Assembly (NCBI GenBank): GCA_041690595.1
Contig: JAWLHB010000027.1
Location: 1 to 35,728, forward strand
Direction of reading: 5' to 3'
DNA: 35,728 nt
Source of the DNA: Lentisphaeria bacterium
GTDB lineage: Bacteria; Verrucomicrobiota; Lentisphaeria; JABSQK01; JAWLHB01
Below the pieces are notes generated by a model. That model was given only the letters and a program-made list of their open reading frames with translations, was not told where the DNA came from and made no database searches. The position numbers were made by a program, and so were the translations under genes. This document shows, piece after piece, positions 8,829-18,060 of the stretch; within the stretch, counting starts at the first letter, position 1; each line of letters opens with the position of its first letter.

Positions 8829-8921
8829 GAGGGGGCCTTCATCGTAAGGAGCGTATCAACTGGCGAGGTTGCCTAAGTAAGCGTGAAATGGCCGCATAAT
8901 CAAATCGGCTCCTTCCGCTTT

Positions 8922-10031
8922 TCAGGTGCCATCAGTCTCTGCGAGAGCGAGTACGCACCTGGCCCAGCGCTGCCAGGTGCAGGTGGCGGCGTACTCACGA
9001 CCGGCGGCTGCCATGGTGTCACGGCGGTGGCCATCTTCCAGCAGTTCATGCAGCGCGTCGGCCAGGGCGAAGGGATCGTTGAGTGGCGTTGCCAGGCCGT
9101 GGCCCCCCGAGCTTTCAAGGAGAACCGGATGGTCGCTGTGGACAACGGGTGTTCCACAGGCCATGGCTTCCAGTATCGGCAGGCCAAAACCTTCTTCCAC
9201 CGAGGGCATCACGTGGAGCAGCGCTCCGCCATACATCGCCGGCAGGAGCTGCCGGTCGACATAGCCGAGGCGGATGATACGCCCCGGGCCGTTCCATCGC
9301 TCGATGGCGTGCACCAGCTCGCGGCACTTCCAGCCATCCCGTCCGGCCAGGACCAGCGCGACCTCTGGATGGCGCTCCGCCACCCGCCGGTAGGCTGTCA
9401 GCAGTATATCCACCCCCTTCTTGGGCTCGATCGTTCCGACAAAGAGAATGTAGCCCGGAAGTGCGGCCAGTGCCGGCGGCAGCGGGAGGGGGGGCGGTGC
9501 CAGAAAAAGGGGATCCACCCCAAGTGGCACGACGGTCACCCGCTCTTCCGCGACACCCGTCAGCGCCACGACCTCGTCGCGCACCGTCGATGCTGAAACC
9601 AGCACATGGCGCGCCCTTCGGATGCTGGGCGGCATCAGGGCCCGCATGTGGCTGGCGTTGAGCCAGTTGCAGAGATCCGGGCGGCGCAGGGCGATGGTGT
9701 CGTGGACTTGCAGCAGACAGGGGACCGGGCAACGCAGCGGGGCGGTATAGGATGGCGCCAGCAGCCAGTCGACGCGGGCGGTCTTGACGATGCCCGGCAG
9801 GGCGAACTGCTGCCAGAGCACCCGGCGCCAGACGCGCCGTATCTCCGGCGAAAGTTCCGGCGCCAGGATCCCGCGTTCCATGGCGGCGCGGAGCAGCACC
9901 TCATCCGTGGCCAGGCAGAGCAACTCCGTCGAGCCGGCCTCCCGGATCAGCGCCAGCGCCTCCTGCCGCACCGCATGGTGAACGCCGCTCAAGGGAGCCC
10001 GCACCACAGTTGCATCGATCGCGACCCTCAT
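8922..10031 (-). CDS. Glycosyltransferase family 4 (GT-B)
   Basis: MRVAIDA start; LFVGTIEPKKG and EEGFGLPILEAMACGTPVV motifs. Confidence 0.92.
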   Translation of the reverse strand: MRVAIDATVVRAPLSGVHHAVRQEALALIREAGSTELLCLATDEVLLRAAMERGILAPELSPEIRRVWRRVLWQQFALPGIVKTARVDWLLAPSYTAPLRCPVPCLLQVHDTIALRRPDLCNWLNASHMRALMPPSIRRARHVLVSASTVRDEVVALTGVAEERVTVVPLGVDPLFLAPPPLPLPPALAALPGYILFVGTIEPKKGVDILLTAYRRVAERHPEVALVLAGRDGWKCRELVHAIERWNGPGRIIRLGYVDRQLLPAMYGGALLHVMPSVEEGFGLPILEAMACGTPVVHSDHPVLLESSGGHGLATPLNDPFALADALHELLEDGHRRDTMAAAGREYAATCTWQRWARCVLALAETDGT

Positions 10032-10140
10032 CCGACGGTTCCTTTGGCTGATCCGTTCCGCTGGCACTTCCCCGCATCTCTTATACAGTACATGCGACTC
10101 ACTTACCATTCCCCTCGAACCGCGCCAGGAGTGCTCCTTT

Positions 10141-10902
10141 ATGGAATCCCGCCATTTTCTGCTTGTCAGTTGCGAGGTCTTCTACCGCGAGATGTGCGCC
10201 GCCATCGCTGCCTCGCCTCACCGCATCGACCTTTCCTTTCTGCCGCAAGGGCTGCACGACCTGCCAAACGCCGATATGACGTCGCGCGTGCAGGCGCATC
10301 TCGACGGCCTCGAGACGAGCGGGGTCGAGGCGATTCTGCTTGGCTACGGCCTCTGCAACAATGGTCTGGCAGGTCTCATTGCCCGCGAGGTTCCTCTGGT
10401 CATGCCCCGGGCTCACGACTGCATCACCCTCTTCCTCGGCTCGAAGAAGCGGTACCTCGACTACTTCAACGCCAACCCCGGCGTCTACTTCCTCACCACC
10501 GGCTGGATCGAGCGCGACCATACCGACGGCGATCTGCAGAACCTCTCCGTGCAGCACCAGATCGGCATGGACAGAAGCTTTCAGCAGCTGGTCGACAAGT
10601 ATGGCGAGGACAACGCCAAGTTCCTCTACGAACAGCTCTGCCACAATGCCGAGCACAACTACGCGAAGTACGCCTTCATCGCGATGGGCATCGAGCCGGA
10701 CGATCGGTTCGAGCAGCATACGCGGGACGAGGCGGCCAATCGCGGCTGGGGCTTCGAGAAGCTGCGGGGGGACATGTCGCTCATTCACCGCCTGGCGGGG
10801 GGCGATTGGGACGAGGAGGATTTCCTCATCGTTCCCCCGGGCCACAAGATCGCCCCCAGCTATGACCACGGCACCATCGTACGGGCCGTACCCGTCGAGT
10901 GA
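10141..10902 (+). CDS. DUF1638 family protein
   Basis: SCEVFYRE, PQGLHD, LLGYGLCNNG, PRAHDCITLFLGS and YFLTTGW motifs; aggag RBS upstream. Confidence 0.85.
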   Translation: MESRHFLLVSCEVFYREMCAAIAASPHRIDLSFLPQGLHDLPNADMTSRVQAHLDGLETSGVEAILLGYGLCNNGLAGLIAREVPLVMPRAHDCITLFLGSKKRYLDYFNANPGVYFLTTGWIERDHTDGDLQNLSVQHQIGMDRSFQQLVDKYGEDNAKFLYEQLCHNAEHNYAKYAFIAMGIEPDDRFEQHTRDEAANRGWGFEKLRGDMSLIHRLAGGDWDEEDFLIVPPGHKIAPSYDHGTIVRAVPVE

Positions 10903-10988
10903 GCTGGCCGCATCACTTTTGCGGCATCATCCGTTGCATTCCATCGGAGCCATGGTATCTTCTACGTTCGATCACCTGATCTCCCGGT

Positions 10989-11232
<244 letters not shown>

Positions 11233-11240
<8 letters not shown>

Positions 11241-11301
11241 TAATCCACGGCCGTTCCGCGAGATAATCGAATGGCTTTCTCTTTGCAGCACAAAGAGTTG
11301 T
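11233..11301 (-). pseudogene. Probable C-terminal remnant of a large serine recombinase pointing into the tRNA 3' end
   Basis: Translates [23 protein letters not shown], resembling (from memory) the RKPFDxLAE C-termini of tRNA-targeting large serine recombinases. Locally AT-richer, with no upstream body. Confidence 0.4.
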
Positions 11302-11387
11302 GGCTGTCTCTGCGCTGGATGTCGGCCAGGTTTGGCTGATGTCGTGCGCCAAGCGGCAGGGCACGGAGATTCTCCGGTATAGAGCCC

Positions 11388-11419
11388 TTGTCAAGATTCT
11401 GAGATATGATATCCTATCA
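11388..11419 (+). promoter_or_regulatory. Possible sigma70 promoter overlapped by a palindrome (candidate GntR operator)
   Basis: TTGTCA-N16-TATCCT with an extended -10 TG; palindrome TGATA-tcc-TATCA at 11407-11419. Confidence 0.3.
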
Positions 11420-11488
11420 CGATCGACAGGAAGCGCCGCTTCGAGAAGAATAATCAGGACACCTGCCGCCGGCGGAGAAGGAGTAATC

Positions 11489-12223
11489 ATGCCCAAAGCA
11501 CCCCGCGCATCTCTGGTGGAGGACGTCTACGATGAACTGGCTCAGGAGATCCTTTCGAGGCAGCCTGGGCAGGAGACGTGGCTGCCCAATACCGCCGAAC
11601 TCAGTGAGCAGTTTGGCGTCAGCCGCACCGTGGTCCGTGAGGCTATCAGCCGTCTGGAGTCGCAAGGCCTGGTGGAGCCTTGCCATGGCGTGGGTCTGAA
11701 GGCGGTGCGCCGCCTCCACAAGCCGGTGATGGCCTCCCTCTCGCTGCTGCTTCCTGACCAGGCCGAACGGTTGCGGCAGGCGACGGCCACGCGCTTCCTG
11801 CTGGAAGTGGAGATCGCCCGTCTGGCCGCTGCGCACATGGACGAGAGCGGACTCCAGAAGCTTCGAGAAGCCCAGGCGCGACTCGCCGATCCCGAGGTCA
11901 CCCTTGAGCGTGCCGTCGAAGCGGATACCGACTTTCACCAGGTACTGGCCGATCAATGTGGCAACCTGGTGCTCAAGCTGATGCTCGAGAGCATCGTGGA
12001 GCTCTGCCGGGAAAGCCGGCGACTGACCATCGAGAGCACCGGCTTCGAACGCCCCTGGTTCAGCCACCAGCGCGTGGTCGCGGCTATCGAACAGGGCGCT
12101 CCAGAGGCCGCGGCTGACGCCATGCGCGAGCACCTGGAGCTTACGCGCACCGACCTCACCGCGCAACTGGCGGAGTTGGAGGGAGGTCGGGAGCAAGACC
12201 ATCAATGCCAACGATTGGGGTGA
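11489..12223 (+). CDS. GntR/FadR family transcriptional regulator
   Basis: LP..AELSEQFGVSRTVVREAISRLESQGLV wHTH; FCD domain DTDFHQVLA...H; aggag RBS before ATG 11489. Confidence 0.92.
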   Translation: MPKAPRASLVEDVYDELAQEILSRQPGQETWLPNTAELSEQFGVSRTVVREAISRLESQGLVEPCHGVGLKAVRRLHKPVMASLSLLLPDQAERLRQATATRFLLEVEIARLAAAHMDESGLQKLREAQARLADPEVTLERAVEADTDFHQVLADQCGNLVLKLMLESIVELCRESRRLTIESTGFERPWFSHQRVVAAIEQGAPEAAADAMREHLELTRTDLTAQLAELEGGREQDHQCQRLG

Positions 12224-12300
12224 CCGCGAAGGCGTAGGCGGCTCGTCGTCGAGCGCGCCGGCAACATGCTGTACCGGCTGAAGAAACAAGGAGAGTAGAC

Positions 12301-13107
12301 ATGCTGCTGACGAACAAAGTGATTGTTGTGACCGGCGCCGGCAAGGGGCTGGGCGCGGGGATTGCCCGGGTCTGCCACCAGGAGGGGGCATGCGTGGTCA
12401 TCGCCGATCTGGCCGCGGCAGCGGCCGAAGCGGTAGCCGCCGAGTTGGGCGAGCGCGCCGTGGCGGTAGGCTGCGACGTCCGTAACGAGGACGACCATCA
12501 GGCGCTGGTGCGCACTGCGCAGGTTCACTGGGGCCGCATAGACGGCCTGGTGAACAACGCCGGCGTCAACTTTGCCAAGGCCTTTCTCGACACGACGCGC
12601 GAGGACTGGAATCGGGTCATCGAGACCGACCTGGCCGCGGTATTCTTCCTGACGCAGAAGGTGTGTCGCGCGATGCTGGCACAGGAGCGGCCGGGCGGCG
12701 CCATCGTCAATATCGGCAGTGTTCACACGTTGGCCGTCTTGCCGGGGTCGGGGCCGTACGATGCCGCCAAGTGGGGCGTCGTGGGCATGGGTAAGAGCAT
12801 CGCCGTGGAGTTGGCGGCGCGGGGGATTCGCGTCAACACGGTTTCTCCCGGGCTGTGCAATACTCAGATCTGGAAGGACATCATGGCCGCTGCCCCGTCG
12901 GAAGCCGAATGCCTGGCGCACTGGCGCGCCCAGATCCCGCTGGGGCGGGTAATCGAGCCGGAAGAAATCGGCCAGACGGTCGCTTTCCTGCTGAGTGACC
13001 GCGCCTCGTCGACCACCGGCGCTAATGTGCTGGTGGACGGCGGCATGACCAGTCAGCTGATCAGCAAGGAGCCGTACGAACCCAAAGCCATCGAGGGCAC
13101 TGAGTGA
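12301..13107 (+). CDS. Short-chain dehydrogenase/reductase
   Basis: TGAGKGLG, NNAG, catalytic YDAAK, IRVNTVSPG and VDGG motifs. Confidence 0.93.
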   Translation: MLLTNKVIVVTGAGKGLGAGIARVCHQEGACVVIADLAAAAAEAVAAELGERAVAVGCDVRNEDDHQALVRTAQVHWGRIDGLVNNAGVNFAKAFLDTTREDWNRVIETDLAAVFFLTQKVCRAMLAQERPGGAIVNIGSVHTLAVLPGSGPYDAAKWGVVGMGKSIAVELAARGIRVNTVSPGLCNTQIWKDIMAAAPSEAECLAHWRAQIPLGRVIEPEEIGQTVAFLLSDRASSTTGANVLVDGGMTSQLISKEPYEPKAIEGTE

Positions 13108-13150
13108 TGCCAGCATTGATAACGGATACCCTGACGATGAGGAGAGATCC

Positions 13151-15010
13151 ATGACGACCGACACGACCACGGGATATGTATCAGGGTTGGAGCAGCAGGC
13201 GGAGCGGGAGCTTTGCACGACCGTCAAAGGGGAAAGGACCTGGGCGCCACCGGAGGCGTGGAAGCCGGTCGCCTACGCCGCCGAGGCGCCGAACCGGGGC
13301 GTCACGCTTGACGGTGGCACGTTGCGGGAGGCGTTCGAGCGCAACCTGGCCTACCTTCAGGAGTGGTTCCAGAAGACGGACCGCTGCAGCCGGCCGGAGA
13401 ACGACAAGAACTGGTGGGAGACCTGCCTCTCGGCGTCCAGCGAGGGCCGCATGCTGGGCGTAGCCGGCCACAGTCTGCGCTGGGGCGAACGCGCTGAGGC
13501 GCGGGAAATCCTCAACACCCTCATCGACCGCATCGAGGCACGACAGACGCCGGAAGGCTATTGCCTGCCGTATCCGGAGGGAGAACTGCGTCCGAGCACC
13601 AACGCGGGGATGGATGAACGGCGCAACTACGATCGCGTGAACCTGACCCGCGGTCTGGCGGCGGCTGGTCTGGTGGGCCATCCGGATGCACTTGCGATTC
13701 TGCGCCGCTTCTACGACTGGTTCAACGCTTCGCCGTATCTGCCGTATACGCTCGCCGGCTACTTCGATGCGTCGCCGGAGCGAGAGAACAGCTGGGCATG
13801 GCCGGGGACAATCGGCTACGCGCACAATTGCAGCAACGGACTCGAAGGGCATCTGCTCGCCCACTTTTCGCCGGTGGGCAAGCCGGACGATCTGGTGGCC
13901 GCCTTGCGTTACCTGGTCCAGGACTGGTTCATCGAAGCCTCCACCCGCCGCGAACCGCTCAGCCTCAGCCACTATCCCGGTCATGTGGCGCATTCGTACG
14001 TGCTGCTTTCCTACCTGTTCTGGCTCGACATGTACCGGGCCACCGGCGACGAGAAGTTCCTCCAGGGCGCGCTCGGCGCGTGGGATATTGTGCACGACCA
14101 CTTCCTGCACATCGGCGGGTCGCTGGCGATCTGCGAACACATGCAGGGCGCTTATCCACCCGATTCGTACCATCTTCGCGTCGACCGCAAGCACCACACC
14201 GGCGAGACCTGCGGCAGCGTATTCTGGGCCGAGATCAACCATCGATTGCTGCAGCTCTTCCCGACTAATGTCCGCTATGCCGACGAGATCGAGCAGGCCA
14301 TCTACAATGTGATCCTGGCCAACCAGGATGAGCGCGGCTCCATCCGCTACCACGCCCGGCTGCAGGGCGAGAAGGAAGCGGCGCGATCGATCAACACCTG
14401 CTGCGAAGTCATGGGTACGCCCTTCATCGCCAGGCTGCCGCAGTATCTCTACTCGGTCGCGGACGACGGCGTCTTTGTCAATTTCTTCACGCCTTCGACG
14501 ATCTCATGGGAGCAAGCTGGGGCGCCTGCCAGCCTGCGGTGTGCGACGGAGTTTCCGTTTGGCTCGCAGGTGGAACTGCGCGTCGAGACCACCCCCCCGG
14601 CAGCGTGGACGCTGCGCCTCCGCGTCCCCGGCTGGGCCGGCAACGCCATGTCGTGCCAGATCAACGGTGAATCGGCCGGTTCGGGCGAGCCCGGGACATT
14701 CCTCGTTCTGGATCGGGTGTGGCAGGCTGGCGATGCGATCACCTTCACCTTGCCCATGACCTGGCATGTCGTGCGCTACCGCGGGGCGGACGAACATCCC
14801 GTGCATCCGCGCTATGCCCTGATGAAGGGCCCCGTGCTGATGGCCTTGACCGGTGCCGAAGAGCTGGCGCTGACACCGGACCAACTGCTCAAACGTCTGC
14901 GGGAAGACGCCCCTCTGCAATGTGGGATCGAGGGAATCGACGACGCCCGCTATCTGCCCTACTGGCAAGTCGACGATCAAACCTTTACCTGCTTTCCCAA
15001 TCTGCGATGA
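13151..15010 (+). CDS. GH127/GH146 beta-L-arabinofuranosidase-like glycoside hydrolase
   Basis: GETCGSVFW and NTCCE (E-x-C and CC Zn/Cys motifs), YADEIEQAIYN, LRLRVPGWA and WQAGDAITFTLPM; no signal peptide seen. Confidence 0.85.
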   Translation: MTTDTTTGYVSGLEQQAERELCTTVKGERTWAPPEAWKPVAYAAEAPNRGVTLDGGTLREAFERNLAYLQEWFQKTDRCSRPENDKNWWETCLSASSEGRMLGVAGHSLRWGERAEAREILNTLIDRIEARQTPEGYCLPYPEGELRPSTNAGMDERRNYDRVNLTRGLAAAGLVGHPDALAILRRFYDWFNASPYLPYTLAGYFDASPERENSWAWPGTIGYAHNCSNGLEGHLLAHFSPVGKPDDLVAALRYLVQDWFIEASTRREPLSLSHYPGHVAHSYVLLSYLFWLDMYRATGDEKFLQGALGAWDIVHDHFLHIGGSLAICEHMQGAYPPDSYHLRVDRKHHTGETCGSVFWAEINHRLLQLFPTNVRYADEIEQAIYNVILANQDERGSIRYHARLQGEKEAARSINTCCEVMGTPFIARLPQYLYSVADDGVFVNFFTPSTISWEQAGAPASLRCATEFPFGSQVELRVETTPPAAWTLRLRVPGWAGNAMSCQINGESAGSGEPGTFLVLDRVWQAGDAITFTLPMTWHVVRYRGADEHPVHPRYALMKGPVLMALTGAEELALTPDQLLKRLREDAPLQCGIEGIDDARYLPYWQVDDQTFTCFPNLR

Positions 15011-15131
15011 AGAGCATGACCATGGTCACTGTATGCTTTCGACTTGCCGTTGACAGGTTGCCGCGATAGTTTGTGCACATGGAGCGATGATCCGGAAAGG
15101 CCGGGCAAGAACCGAACGGAAAGGGAGCACG

Positions 15132-15704
15132 ATGATGGCGAAACGAAAAGGAAAGGCCGCCAAGCCGGCGGAAAAGGCGATTCAATTCAAGGTGCAGTTG
15201 CGCTATATCCGTCCGCCGATCTGGCGGCGGGTGCTCTTGCCCGACAACGCGACCCTCGGCGATCTGCACCAAGTCATCCAGATCGTGATGGGCTGGTATA
15301 ATTGCCACATGCACAGCTTTCGCATCGGTGGTGTATACTACAGCAGCGGCGATGTCGACTTGGAGATGGAGAATGAGGATAGCGTCTCGCTGGGCGAGGT
15401 CTTTACGCGCGCGAAGCAGAAGTTCATGTACGAATACGACTTCGGCGACAGTTGGGAACACGAGGTCGTCGCCGAGAAGTTCCATCCTTTCGATCCCGCC
15501 GCGAAGTACCCCGTTTGCCTCGGCGGGGCACGCGCCTGTCCGCCGGAAGACTGCGGCAGCTTCCCAGGCTATATGAACATCCTCGAGGCGTTGAGCGCAA
15601 AGAAGCCGACGCGGGATCAGAAGGAGCTCCTCGAATGGCTCGACGAGGACTACGACCCCGAGCATTTCGATCTTGAGGAAGTCAACAGCGACCTGAGCCT
15701 GTAA
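15132..15704 (+). CDS. Plasmid pRiA4b ORF3-like family protein
   Basis: PPIWRRV, LHQVIQIVMGW..H, YEYDFGDSWEH, GARACPPEDCG and YDPEHFD motifs; gggag RBS. Confidence 0.88.
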   Translation: MMAKRKGKAAKPAEKAIQFKVQLRYIRPPIWRRVLLPDNATLGDLHQVIQIVMGWYNCHMHSFRIGGVYYSSGDVDLEMENEDSVSLGEVFTRAKQKFMYEYDFGDSWEHEVVAEKFHPFDPAAKYPVCLGGARACPPEDCGSFPGYMNILEALSAKKPTRDQKELLEWLDEDYDPEHFDLEEVNSDLSL

Positions 15705-15725
15705 GGCAGCCGCCGAGATCGCGCC

Positions 15726-15762
15726 GGATCTGACGGATCAGACTTGATCTGACGGATCTGAC
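15726..15762. repeat. Short imperfect 9-bp tandem repeat (ggatctgac, 4 units)
   Basis: ggatctgac ggatcagac ttgatctgac ggatctgac. Confidence 0.75.
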
Positions 15763-15927
15763 AGGGGGGAGGACGCGGGGTGCCATATGAGCGTTCATGA
15801 GATAGCGGGCACGGGTCTGTGGTGCGTGGGCGTTTTCTGGCAGCTATGCCAATGTGCCAGCGGCAGCTTTGCGGGGATGCGAGTCGCCTGGCTGGTTTGG
15901 GTGGATGTCGGGAGGATCAGTCTGCAT

Positions 15928-15973
15928 CATTCGTGGAAGCCCGTCATGATCTGACGACAAGCTTCCACGAATG
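15928..15973. terminator. Long hairpin between convergent genes (possible bidirectional terminator)
   Basis: cattcgtggaagc/gcttccacgaatg perfect 13-bp stem with inner cgtca/tgacg; no clear U-tract. Confidence 0.45.
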
Positions 15974-16050
15974 CTTCATCCACGTCGGGTGGATAAGACA
16001 AGGCAACCCACAGGTGAACGTCTGCCTTCTGAGAGTAGGACGTGAGTGAT

Positions 16051-16617
16051 TCAGTTCGTGATCAGGTCGCGTTGCAGCTCTTGGATGTCGATGTCATCGA
16101 TCCATTTGGGGAGATTCGTCCAGACTTCGTGGAATCCGTATCCTCCTTCCCGCATCTCGTTGATGGCATCTTCCTTCGACCACTTGTCGATCACGATGCG
16201 ATAGATCGCGCACATGGTGCCGGTCCTGTCCGCACCATATTGGCAGTGCACGAGCACGGGTGTTCGGCTGGGATCGGTCACTATGCGAAGGAAGCGAAGA
16301 ACTTCTTCCCGTTCGGGATGCCATACCTTCATGTAGATATGCTCGTAACCCAGGTCCAGATCTTTCAGTTCGTCCCGATCCGAATGGAAGGACCGCAGAT
16401 TGACGATTGTCTTGATGCCCAGGGCCTTGAGGTTTTTCATGCCTTCGGCAGTTGGCTGGGCGCTTCTGTAGAGAGTGTCGCTGAGCTTGTGAAGGTTGGC
16501 GGCTCCGTTCATCTCAACGCGAGAGGCCCAGGTTGTCGGCCGGAGGGTGGTCGCATCCTGACCAACGGAGACGGCCACCAAGATGGTGTTGAGGAGGGCA
16601 ACCAGAGCGATTTTCAT
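16051..16617 (-). CDS. Exported protein-tyrosine/dual-specificity phosphatase family protein
   Basis: CX5R loop HCQYGADRTG and YRSAQP; signal-peptide-like MKIALVALLNTILVAVSVG; ATGA overlap with the upstream gene. Confidence 0.88.
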   Translation of the reverse strand: MKIALVALLNTILVAVSVGQDATTLRPTTWASRVEMNGAANLHKLSDTLYRSAQPTAEGMKNLKALGIKTIVNLRSFHSDRDELKDLDLGYEHIYMKVWHPEREEVLRFLRIVTDPSRTPVLVHCQYGADRTGTMCAIYRIVIDKWSKEDAINEMREGGYGFHEVWTNLPKWIDDIDIQELQRDLITN

Positions 16618-17060
16618 AGTCTTCTGCCGCACTCCTGGCAGAACTTGGATTCTTCCTCGTTGAGGGTGGAACAAGTGGTGCATCTGATCATGACGACCTT
16701 CTCGGGGGGCCTGCGGCCGAGGTCAATGTCGGCTTCGTCCAGAGCATCCTTGACCATGCCTCCCGTCATTCGGCTATATGGCTCCAGCTCGTCTCTGGCC
16801 TTCTCGGGGTCAAGGACGACGCCGGACCCCGCGAGTCCACGAGCGCCAACGCCGCGGATGATGGAGCCAACGATCAGGAGCATCATGCCGCCGATGGCGC
16901 GCAACGCGCTGGACTGGACCTGGCTCTCGAAGTTGTTGAAGTTGCCGAAGTTCAGAGCGCCCGTAATGAAGACGGAGATGAAGAGAATGCCGCCAATGAC
17001 CATCAGCACCATGCCAAGGTAATAGGCTGCTTGTCGTTCTTCCGAGATTTTCTTTGCCAT
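16614..17060 (-). CDS. Two-TM membrane protein with C-terminal zinc ribbon
   Basis: Two hydrophobic helices; CTTC-N10-CQECG; aggag RBS before ATG 17060. Confidence 0.85.
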   Translation of the reverse strand: MAKKISEERQAAYYLGMVLMVIGGILFISVFITGALNFGNFNNFESQVQSSALRAIGGMMLLIVGSIIRGVGARGLAGSGVVLDPEKARDELEPYSRMTGGMVKDALDEADIDLGRRPPEKVVMIRCTTCSTLNEEESKFCQECGRRL

Positions 17061-17265
17061 GCTCTCTCCTGATACCGAGTAGATAGCCGTTTCACACAAG
17101 GGGGCGTTTCGATATTCCGCAACATAGCAACCCGTTGAGGTGGTATCAACTGGCAGCCGACTGTTTTTTCTGGTGCTTCACGTCTCGGCTTTGGTTCGAT
17201 CCCACTGTTTTGTATAGTACCTGTGCCACTGGCGAGGAAATCACCCTTAACTGGACACCTGCGCG

Positions 17266-18060
17266 ATGATGTTGCATCTCACCTCTTCTCAAGTCGATCA
17301 CTACCATGAACGCGGCTATGTGGAGCTGGGCCGTCTGTTTGATGACGACACCCTTGAACGCCTGCGTCAGGAAGAACTGCGCTTTCGCGGGTATCCGCAA
17401 ATCTCGCTGGCGGACAAGGTGACGCCGTTGCCGGACACGTCCACCCTCTTTCGCAATCAGGTTGCCAACTACTCCGCCATTGTCCGCGACATTTTCCTGC
17501 GGGGTCCGCAGGTACCGGTGCTCGGCCAGATTCTGGGCGACCTTGTGGTCGGCAACTTCACGCAGTTTGTCACGAAGCTGCCTGACTCGGATCTTGCGCG
17601 GGCGGAGTTCCCCTGGCACCAGGACAGCGGCTATGGCAACAAGAACAATCCGCTCCACGTCACCATCTGGTGTGCATTGGACAAGGTTGACGAGAGCAAT
17701 GGGTGTGTCTGGATCATTCCCGGCAGCCATCGGCAAGGGCTCATACCGCATGTGGCGAGCGGCAAGTCCTGGCATGTGACCGTGAAAACAGACGAGGAGG
17801 GTGTGCCGGTGCGTTTGAATGCGGGCGAAGCCGTCGCCTTTTCCGGCTTCACGCTGCATCGCTCCCTCACGAACGACAGTGACCGGCCTCGCCGCGCGTT
17901 CTTCATGGAGTATTCCGACTATCTGGGGGATGCGGCGGAGAATCGCGTGCAGCTCAACGTCTCGCCCTTGTGGATCGTTCAGGGACAGCTACCCTATCCT
18001 GTGCCGGTACGGGAGTGCGCGACGCCCGAAAGCCATCGCCAACGTGATTCATCTTCTTGA
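17266..18060 (+). CDS. Phytanoyl-CoA dioxygenase (PhyH) family Fe(II)/2OG enzyme
   Basis: PWHQD, NGCVWIIPGSH and LHRS..N.SDRPRRA motifs. Confidence 0.88.
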   Translation: MMLHLTSSQVDHYHERGYVELGRLFDDDTLERLRQEELRFRGYPQISLADKVTPLPDTSTLFRNQVANYSAIVRDIFLRGPQVPVLGQILGDLVVGNFTQFVTKLPDSDLARAEFPWHQDSGYGNKNNPLHVTIWCALDKVDESNGCVWIIPGSHRQGLIPHVASGKSWHVTVKTDEEGVPVRLNAGEAVAFSGFTLHRSLTNDSDRPRRAFFMEYSDYLGDAAENRVQLNVSPLWIVQGQLPYPVPVRECATPESHRQRDSSS

